A stretch of 64,000 bases of DNA from Candidatus Doudnabacteria bacterium (GTDB lineage: Bacteria; Patescibacteriota; Doudnabacteria; UBA920): the NCBI GenBank assembly GCA_003151625.1, contig PLYC01000007.1, positions 2,929-66,928 of the forward strand, given 5' to 3'. Position 1 is the first letter of the stretch, and each line of letters opens with the position of its first letter. The notes beneath the pieces were generated by a model that worked only from the letters and a program-made list of their open reading frames with translations, was not told the origin of the DNA and ran no database searches. Below, in pieces: positions 56,723-64,000 of the stretch. Made by a program: the position numbers and the translations under genes.

Positions 56723-58567
56723 ATGGACGAGACAAAACCAGTTGTTCCCGAGCAACCAAGCCCGCAGTTTATAAAAAAAACCGTGGAAACGCCAATTTTG
56801 GATTCCGATGTGCGCCGGCAAATTACCGTTTCCGACGGCCAAAGCAGTGAAAGCGGCGGCTTTGGAGCCTTTTATCGCGACAACAAGTATTATTTTTTGG
56901 CCATTTTGGTGGGTGTAATTGTTATTTTCCTTTTGGCTTATTTTGCTTTTAAAAAATCTCCTGTAACGGCGCCCAAAGATGCCAATGTAAGTATTTCAGT
57001 GGATGTGCCAGGTTCGGTGCCCAGCGGGGGCGAAGCGGTTTACAAAATTACGGCGCAAAATAACGATACCCAAAAATTGGTCAGCATACAGTTGGAATTA
57101 ACCTATCCCGACGGCGAAACTTATGAAAACAGCAGCCCGTCCGCGCAAAATATTTCGGGTACTTTATATACTGTGCCCGACTTAATCCCAGGTCAAAACG
57201 CCACGGTAATGGTTAAAGCCAAAGTCACCGGAAACGTTAATGACCAAAAAAGTTTGGGCATAAAATTGCATTATCAATATTCAAATTTTAGTTCCCAATT
57301 TGAAAAAGACCAGACTTCCACAATTACCCTCTTGGCTTCCAACGTTTCGGTGGAGTTGGACGGTCCGTCTTCAACCAACAATGCCCAGCTGGTGCTTTAT
57401 ACCGTAAAATACCAAAATAATTCCGGAGCCGACATTGCAAATACTCAAATAAAAATGATTTATCCCGACGGGTTTTCTTTTGCCCAGGCAACCCCGCCGC
57501 CGGATTTAGGTTCCGACACCTGGAATATTGGTACGCTGGCAAACAGCGGGCAGGGGACAATTCAAATTCAGGGAACTTTTAATTCCGCCAATCCCGGGGA
57601 AAGCAAAACCGCCCAGGCTGAATTTTTAATTCTTGGGCAGGACGGCCAGTATTCAATTCAAAATTCTTCCTCGTTCGTTACCGCGATTTCCAGTTTGCCG
57701 CTTTTGGTTACCCAAAGTTTGGAACAAGCTAACTCTAACGGAGTTATTAAGCCCGGCGATACTTTAAATTTTACCGTTCATTATCAAAATAATGCCAGCA
57801 CCGTAGCCACTGGCGTAAATATTCAGGTCACTTTAAATTCCAAGGCCGTGGACTTAAGTTCCATAAAAACCCAGGGCGGCCAGGTTAACAATAATACAAT
57901 TTTATGGAATGCTTCGGGAGTGCCCCAGCTCCAGAGCCTGACGCCTAGCCAGTCCGGAGATGTCTCGTTCAGCGTAAAAATAAACAACCCGGCGGTAAAA
58001 GATTCTTCTAAGAATTTATCCTTGGTCTCCAGTATTCAAATTCAGTCGAGCGAGTATACTTCCGCTTTTCCCGGAGCGCAGTTGACTTTAAAAATTTCCA
58101 GCCCATCGGCCATTAGCACCGTTTTAAGTTCCGTTTCCGGGCCATTGCCGCCGCAGGTTGGCAGTCCCAGTGTTTACAAAGTTCATATTGCGCTGTCAAA
58201 TTCCAGTAATGATTTTTCCAATGGCCAGCTTTTCGCTTTTGTTCCCACCGGCTTTATTGCCGGCAGTGTAACGGCAGCGGAATCGGGCAATGTTCAGTTT
58301 GATCCCACTACAAATAAACTAACGTGGAACGTCGGGAGTTTTCCGGCCAACACCGGCCGGTTTAGCCAGCCCCGAGTACTGGAATTTCAAGTCAGTCTAA
58401 GCCCATCGTCTTCGCAGGTTAACCAATCGCCGACTTTGGTTAAAACCATAAATTTCACGGCTAACGATTTATACACTAGCCAGGCTATAAATATTTCTGC
58501 GGACGACATAACAACTTCCGACATCTCCGGCACTAACGGCTTCGGTAACGGGCAGGTAATACCGTAG
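56723..58567 (+). CDS. Membrane-anchored protein with DUF11-like Ig domains
   Basis: TM segment, then repeated Y.I...N....L.YPDGF...S.P modules. Confidence 0.75.
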   Translation: MDETKPVVPEQPSPQFIKKTVETPILDSDVRRQITVSDGQSSESGGFGAFYRDNKYYFLAILVGVIVIFLLAYFAFKKSPVTAPKDANVSISVDVPGSVPSGGEAVYKITAQNNDTQKLVSIQLELTYPDGETYENSSPSAQNISGTLYTVPDLIPGQNATVMVKAKVTGNVNDQKSLGIKLHYQYSNFSSQFEKDQTSTITLLASNVSVELDGPSSTNNAQLVLYTVKYQNNSGADIANTQIKMIYPDGFSFAQATPPPDLGSDTWNIGTLANSGQGTIQIQGTFNSANPGESKTAQAEFLILGQDGQYSIQNSSSFVTAISSLPLLVTQSLEQANSNGVIKPGDTLNFTVHYQNNASTVATGVNIQVTLNSKAVDLSSIKTQGGQVNNNTILWNASGVPQLQSLTPSQSGDVSFSVKINNPAVKDSSKNLSLVSSIQIQSSEYTSAFPGAQLTLKISSPSAISTVLSSVSGPLPPQVGSPSVYKVHIALSNSSNDFSNGQLFAFVPTGFIAGSVTAAESGNVQFDPTTNKLTWNVGSFPANTGRFSQPRVLEFQVSLSPSSSQVNQSPTLVKTINFTANDLYTSQAINISADDITTSDISGTNGFGNGQVIP

Positions 58568-58723
58568 AAAGTTGAAAGTTGAAAAACCCCGGTCGATTCC
58601 GGGGTTTTGCTTATAAAACCGCTGATATGTCGCTGATGGGCACGCTAATAAAACGCTGAGCGGTTAATGACAGCTTCAGCGTTTATTCAGCGGTTGCAGT
58701 TATTCAGCGTTATTTCAGCGGTC

Positions 58724-59884
58724 TTACGGATAAATATATCCGCGGATGCTGGAGTCGTTAGCAGAGATGGTTCGGGTGTCAATACGGTTAAAGTGATCGT
58801 AGTTCATTTCGGAAATGGTTATTGTACCGTCGTCGTTGATCGAGTTTACGTAAGCGACGTGTCCATAACGCCTCATAGCGCCCGTGGGGCCGGTCATGAC
58901 CACAGCCGAACGTACAGCCGGTTCTTTGCCTGTTACATAGCCGGAAGCTTTGGCGTTAGCCAGCCAGCTTTTGGCATTGCCGCCAAAAGTGATTTTCATT
59001 TGTGAGGCCACATAATAAGTGCAGTAACCCCTTGGGAAAATATGGTTAACGCCGTCGTAGCCGTCACCCAGGCTGGTAACATCGTCTATGCTGGTGTCGG
59101 GTGTATTTGTTTTGGGTTTAGCTTTTGGCTTGGGCGTAACTTTGGGCGCGGGCGGTAAAACCACCTGGCCGCCGGGTATTATAATTAAATCGCCGGGGTT
59201 TATGTCTTCGGCTCCATCAAGCGCGTTATAAGAAATAATACTTTGTAACAGGGCATCGGCGGAATTTTCACGTACGGTGGCGTTGGTATTGTATTTTTCC
59301 GGGTTGTAAGCGTGCGCAATGTCCGGCAGGGTGTCATTTTCCGTTGCCTTGACCAACACGCCGTCAGTGGGCAAAATAATAAGCTCCCAGCCCGGCTTAA
59401 CACTCGGGGTGGTGAGCTTATTGGCCCACATAATAGTTTGTTCTGTTATGCCAAATTGCTGGCTAATAGACGCCAGTGTGTCGCCGCTTTGGGTTTGGTA
59501 AATTTTAATTTGCTTTTGAATCAGGCTTTGTACGCTGTCAGGATTGGGAGCCAAAATTGTATCTTCGTTGCCGATAACTATATCGCTGTTGTCATTAATA
59601 GCGTCTCCGGAGGCAGCGGTTTGACTGTCTAAGCCGGTAAAATCGTCGGCTTGTGCCTGGGGGATAATGCCACTCTGGGCGGAGACCACTGTTACTATAC
59701 TGTTATTTTTTGCGTACAAAAGAGGGTTAATGCCTTGGTGATGGCTAATAAAATTTCCGGCCAGACTTTGATCCTGAAAACTGCCCGCGTAAAAATAAAA
59801 TAAATTTAACCCGCCAACCATCAAACTTAAAATTACCACGAAAAGTTCGCTGGAAAACTTAAGCAAAAAATCCATCCAATCCAT
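58724..59884 (-). CDS. LysM + CHAP domain peptidoglycan hydrolase
   Basis: Y.TQSGDTL.SI...FGI...TI.WAN (LysM); GYCTYYV, GNA..W, YGHVAYV, SEMNY (CHAP). Confidence 0.92.
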   Translation of the reverse strand: MDWMDFLLKFSSELFVVILSLMVGGLNLFYFYAGSFQDQSLAGNFISHHQGINPLLYAKNNSIVTVVSAQSGIIPQAQADDFTGLDSQTAASGDAINDNSDIVIGNEDTILAPNPDSVQSLIQKQIKIYQTQSGDTLASISQQFGITEQTIMWANKLTTPSVKPGWELIILPTDGVLVKATENDTLPDIAHAYNPEKYNTNATVRENSADALLQSIISYNALDGAEDINPGDLIIIPGGQVVLPPAPKVTPKPKAKPKTNTPDTSIDDVTSLGDGYDGVNHIFPRGYCTYYVASQMKITFGGNAKSWLANAKASGYVTGKEPAVRSAVVMTGPTGAMRRYGHVAYVNSINDDGTITISEMNYDHFNRIDTRTISANDSSIRGYIYP

Positions 59885-60466
59885 TCGCTTTATGTGGACA
59901 GCAGGAAAACTCTCAAGGTGAAGTTTTTTGAGAGAGGGAGCCCTTTTCTTTATTTGGTAAAAGAGCCTTTTGCTATAATATTGTAAGAAAAAAGCTGTCC
60001 TTGTAAGCGTTCGTTTTACTTTAGACAGCCAAGATTTTAACTCTGGAATATTTTTCCCTTTCCCGCACTTTTTAATCTTTTTCAGATAGCCAGTAAATAA
60101 CCGCGTGTATCTGGAAAGTTCGGTACAAAACAGAATCTAAAAAAGTGGGGGATAAATATTTAAGCGATTTGTCTTTCAAAGAAGATCGATAGGATGATTT
60201 TGGCCGGATTTTTTAGTGGCCAATATTACTACAAATAGCGCTTAAATATTTTTAATGTTTTTAATATTAAATATTCAAAATTAAGTCTAGCAGTACCTAA
60301 GGCTTACGGCAAGGTTTTAATCCACAAGTTATCCTTTTTTGTTTTATTTAAGATAAAAATTAGGTTTTTAGGCTTAGCAAAAGTTAATTTTAACATCTTA
60401 TCATCTTAACATCAGGAAAGCTTTCGGGGCTAATATGTTTAATTGAATATATGTTAAAATGATGAA

Positions 60467-62626
60467 ATGGATCTCTCCTCACTTAACGACAAACAAAAAC
60501 AGGCTGTAACCGCGCCGTTCGGGCCGGTGTTGGTTTTGGCCGGGCCCGGCAGCGGCAAGACCAAGACTTTGACCCACCGCATTGCCTATATTATAGAGAA
60601 GCGGCTGGTCAAACCCGAGAACATTTTGGCCTTGACCTTTACCAACAAGGCGGCCAAGGAAATGAGGAGCCGGGTTGCAAACCTTTTGGCCAGGCATGTA
60701 GGCGCGTCGGAAAGCCTGACTATGGGCACCTTCCATTCGGTTTGCGCCAAAATTTTGCGCCATGAAATTACCGCTTTGGGCTATGCTTCGGATTTTGTGA
60801 TTTTTGATAAAGACGACCAGCAAAAAGTCTTGCGGGAAATTTTGGAAGATTTAAGGATAGACAGTAAAAAAATGCCGCCGGCTTTGTTTGGCGCTTTAAT
60901 TTCGCGCGGCAAAAATTTGTTACAGTTGCCGGCTGATTTAAATTTGGGACTGGAGTCGCCCATGCGCGAAAAATTGGCCGAGGTCTACACCCGTTATCAG
61001 GATGCGCTGTATAGGCAAAACGCCCTGGATTTTGACGACCTGCTTTTGCTGACCGTTAAAATTTTTGAGAATTTCTCCAAAGTTTTGGCAAAGTATCAAA
61101 AAAAATTTAGTTACGTGCTGGTGGATGAATACCAGGATACAAACCAGGTGCAATACCGATTGCTATCTTTACTGGCCACGCATCATAATATTTTTGTCGT
61201 GGGCGACGACGCCCAGAGCATTTATAAGTTCCGCGGCAGTGACATTACCAACATTTTGAATTTTGAAAAAGATTACCCGGAAGGCCTGGCGATTAAGCTG
61301 GAACAAAATTATCGGAGTACCAAAAATATTTTGGAAGCCGCCCAGAAAGTTATTGAAATGAATCCCGAGCAAAAGCCAAAAGTCCTGTGGACGGAAAATG
61401 TCCAGGGAGAGAAAATTATTTTAACCTGCGAGGAGGACGAGCGAGCCGAGGCCGAGTTTGTGGCGCGAAATATTGTGAAATTGGCCGTTGTAGGGGCGGG
61501 TTTGAAACCCGCCCGTACCGAGGACTTGGAATATGCCGATGACGATTCTCAAGCCGAACCCAAACCGTTTTCTATACTTGATAGGTTTATTAAGGCAAAA
61601 ATGATGCAGGCCCAATATTCCCAATCTTTTGGCCGGACTTTGGTGCCACAGCTTCCCAAGAAGCACGAAAGCCTCAAGGAGTTCTGCATTTTGTACCGCA
61701 CCCACGCGCAGTCCCGCGCGCTTGAAGAAGTTATGATAGAAGCGTCCATACCGTATCAGATTGTCGGCGGATTAAAATTTTACGAACGCAAAGAAATCAA
61801 GGACATTTTGGCTTACTTGAGATTAACTTTAAATTATCGCGATTTAGTATCGCTTCGGAGGGTCATCAATGAACCGCCGCGCGGTATTGGCGACAAGTCG
61901 TATGCCGAAATCCGTGACTTTATTTTAAATTTGGGTGGCAGGGACAAGGAATTGCTTTTTAAAGATTTCCGGATTGCCTTTGCCGAAATTAAAATCCAGC
62001 CAAAAGCCTGGGCATCTTCCCAGGAGTTTTTTAGGATGATCGAGGAGTTTTCCGATTTTAACGAAAAATTTTCCTTGCCGGAGCTGGTCAAGTTAATTCT
62101 GCGAAAGACCGGTTACGAAAAGTATTTGCGCGACGGCTCGGAGGCGGGGGAATCCCGTTGGGAAAATGCCGAGGAGCTTATTAACGTGGCTCATAAGTTT
62201 GGAAATTTGGGATGGCGCGAGGCTTTGCAGGAGTTTTTGGAAGAAGTCGCGCTGATTTCGGAAATAGACCAAAAAGACGAAAGCAAAGACGCGGTAACTT
62301 TAATGACTCTGCATTCGGCTAAAGGTTTGGAGTTTGATAACGTATTCTTTGTCGGTTTGGAAGAAGGAATTTTGCCTCACTCCAGAAGCTTAATAGACCC
62401 GGCGGAGCTTAGCGAGGAAGTCCGCCTGGCTTATGTCGGGCTGACCCGCGCGCGCAAACGGCTGTTTTTAGTATATACCCACAACCGCCGCGGGTTCGGC
62501 AATGTGCAAATTAACCAACCCTCGCGAATTTTAAAAGTTTTGCCCAAAGGAGTGGTGGAATACCGCGGCATGGCTAAGGAACATTTTAAAAACGTTGACG
62601 AAGAAGTGACTTATGAATTAACTTAA
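60467..62626 (+). CDS. pcrA: ATP-dependent DNA helicase UvrD/PcrA
   Basis: AGPGSGKT, TFTNKAA, VDEYQDTN, GDDAQSIY.FRG, LEQNYRST, TLHSAKGLEF, YVGLTRA. Confidence 0.96.
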   Translation: MDLSSLNDKQKQAVTAPFGPVLVLAGPGSGKTKTLTHRIAYIIEKRLVKPENILALTFTNKAAKEMRSRVANLLARHVGASESLTMGTFHSVCAKILRHEITALGYASDFVIFDKDDQQKVLREILEDLRIDSKKMPPALFGALISRGKNLLQLPADLNLGLESPMREKLAEVYTRYQDALYRQNALDFDDLLLLTVKIFENFSKVLAKYQKKFSYVLVDEYQDTNQVQYRLLSLLATHHNIFVVGDDAQSIYKFRGSDITNILNFEKDYPEGLAIKLEQNYRSTKNILEAAQKVIEMNPEQKPKVLWTENVQGEKIILTCEEDERAEAEFVARNIVKLAVVGAGLKPARTEDLEYADDDSQAEPKPFSILDRFIKAKMMQAQYSQSFGRTLVPQLPKKHESLKEFCILYRTHAQSRALEEVMIEASIPYQIVGGLKFYERKEIKDILAYLRLTLNYRDLVSLRRVINEPPRGIGDKSYAEIRDFILNLGGRDKELLFKDFRIAFAEIKIQPKAWASSQEFFRMIEEFSDFNEKFSLPELVKLILRKTGYEKYLRDGSEAGESRWENAEELINVAHKFGNLGWREALQEFLEEVALISEIDQKDESKDAVTLMTLHSAKGLEFDNVFFVGLEEGILPHSRSLIDPAELSEEVRLAYVGLTRARKRLFLVYTHNRRGFGNVQINQPSRILKVLPKGVVEYRGMAKEHFKNVDEEVTYELT

Positions 62627-62632
62627 TAAAAA

Positions 62633-62771
62633 ATTCGAAATCCGAATATCGAAACCCGAAACAATATCTAAATTCTAATACTTAATATTTAAACGGGGAC
62701 ATTTAGGGTTTTGGATTTACAATTTAGATATTTGAATTTGTTTCGAATTTCGATATTTGGATTTCGGATTT
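62633..62771. repeat. Heptamer-stutter inverted repeat
   Basis: TCGAAATCCGAATATCGAAA...TTTCGATATTTGGATTTCGGA; similar to 6895-7058. Confidence 0.65.
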
Positions 62772-62778
62772 AACACAT

Positions 62779-63684
62779 ATGGACATTGACCAGCTAAAAA
62801 AACTTTTAAGAAGCTTCAACCTAAAACCCAACTTCACTTATGGGCAGAATTTTTTGATTGATGATTTTGTTTTGCAGGACATTGTGGACGCGGCGGAAGT
62901 CAGTAAAGATGATGCTGTTTTGGAAATCGGGCCGGGGATTGGTAGTTTAACCAGATTACTTTGCGAGCAAGCCGGTTTTGTGCTAAGTGTTGAAAAAGAT
63001 CCTAAATTTTTCCCTATTTTAAAAAGCGTTAAAAAAGACTTTCCGGAAAATTTTCGGTTTGAAATCGCCGATGCCTTAGAGTATGACTTCCAAAAAACGC
63101 TGATCTCACGCGGATCTAAAACTGCAACCGCGGATATAAACGCGGATCCGCGTTCCGATCTGCGTAGCGGATCCGCGACCAAATCCGCGGGATACAAGGT
63201 TGTTGCCAACATCCCGTACTTTATTACCGGCAAGATTCTTAAAATGCTGATGACGGCAAAAAACAAACCGACGTCCATAACAATCTTAACGCAAAAAGAA
63301 GTAGCAAGGAATATTTCCGCCAAAGCGGGGGACTTAAGCATTTTGGCAATTTCCGTTCAGCTGTTTGGGAAACCGAAAATTATTCAAACGGTTTTAGCCA
63401 AAAATTTTTACCCGGCGCCAAAAGTTGACAGCGCGATTGTAAAGATTGATTTGTTTAAGAAACCAAAATATATTTTGGCTGATGAAAAAATTTTTTTTAA
63501 AATTGTTAAAGCATGCTTTTCGGGCAAGCGGAAACAAATTCATAATACCCTGGTAAATAATTTGGGATTGGAAAAAAATTCGGTTTTGGAAATTTTATCC
63601 TCGCTAAAAATAAAACCCGAGGCACGACCCCAGGAGTTATCGATTCAGGAATGGATTGAGCTAACAGATAAAATTTTCAATTAA
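62779..63684 (+). CDS. rsmA: 16S rRNA dimethyladenosine transferase RsmA/KsgA
   Basis: GQNFLID, LEIGPG.G.LT, VVANIPY.IT, QKEVA, F.PAPKVDSA. Confidence 0.96.
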   Translation: MDIDQLKKLLRSFNLKPNFTYGQNFLIDDFVLQDIVDAAEVSKDDAVLEIGPGIGSLTRLLCEQAGFVLSVEKDPKFFPILKSVKKDFPENFRFEIADALEYDFQKTLISRGSKTATADINADPRSDLRSGSATKSAGYKVVANIPYFITGKILKMLMTAKNKPTSITILTQKEVARNISAKAGDLSILAISVQLFGKPKIIQTVLAKNFYPAPKVDSAIVKIDLFKKPKYILADEKIFFKIVKACFSGKRKQIHNTLVNNLGLEKNSVLEILSSLKIKPEARPQELSIQEWIELTDKIFN

Positions 63685-63749
63685 CAATTTTCAATTTCCA
63701 ATGAACAGCAGTCGTACGTGTTTGAAAATTGATAAATGAAAATTGAAAA

Positions 63750-64000
63750 TTATTTTAACCGGACTTCATCTCCGGTTTTTATTTTGTTTCTGTCCGCCCA
63801 CCCAGCGCTAACTTCCAGGACCTGATTTACGGGTGCCGGCGGCCTGTATGTCGGCAGGGGATCGTTCGGGGTGTTTGGGTGGCTTACGTTGGGAGTAATA
63901 CCAATAATTTCTCCGCCGGCTATCCAAATAAAATCCAAATCAAATTTCATGTCTTTCATCCAAAAGTTCGGTATTGCGGCATTGCCTCCGCCGGAGGCGG
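63750..64000 (-). CDS. DUF192 domain protein (5' end outside window)
   Basis: FWMKDMKFDLD.IWI...VLEV.AG......IK.GD. Confidence 0.85.
   Translation of the reverse strand, partial: ASGGGNAAIPNFWMKDMKFDLDFIWIAGGEIIGITPNVSHPNTPNDPLPTYRPPAPVNQVLEVSAGWADRNKIKTGDEVRLK

Noticed and set aside
1-64000. Alternative genetic code (TGA = Gly, as in Gracilibacteria/Absconditabacteria)
   Set aside because: Conserved genes are full length under code 11, and argS and recO end at TGA at their expected C-termini.

Overview
AT-rich bacterial chromosome segment, standard code 11. Gene content and the dense palindromic repeats point to a Patescibacteria/CPR genome (inferred, not searched). It holds housekeeping genes (smpB, argS, ileS, hisS, mnmA, recO, pcrA/uvrD, rsmA, ybaB), metabolic genes (type II glutamine synthetase, archaeal-type PEP carboxylase, membrane and soluble pyrophosphatases, PfkB kinase), cell-envelope enzymes, a small stress-protein cluster, tRNA-Gly(CCC) and tRNA-Gln(CTG). 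Main finding: each tRNA heads a tandem array of small integrase-free gene cassettes, 3 after tRNA-Gly and 6 after tRNA-Gln, 0.4-1.5 kb each. Every cassette ends in a 35-bp site made of a shared arm (ATTTCCGTYCSAAC...) plus a copy of the 3' end of its own tRNA. On the minus strand these sites encode a conserved peptide, W-x-x-L-[WF]-x-[DQ]-V-[RG]-T-E-I, with much of the variation synonymous. This suggests an integron-like gene-capture system built from att sites that lie inside an integrase C-terminus. Also notable: palindromic repeats inserted in frame into essential genes, a ~150-nt structured element found three times in 5' leaders, a PaaX/Cas2-like gene bracketed by palindromes, and several MITE-like families.
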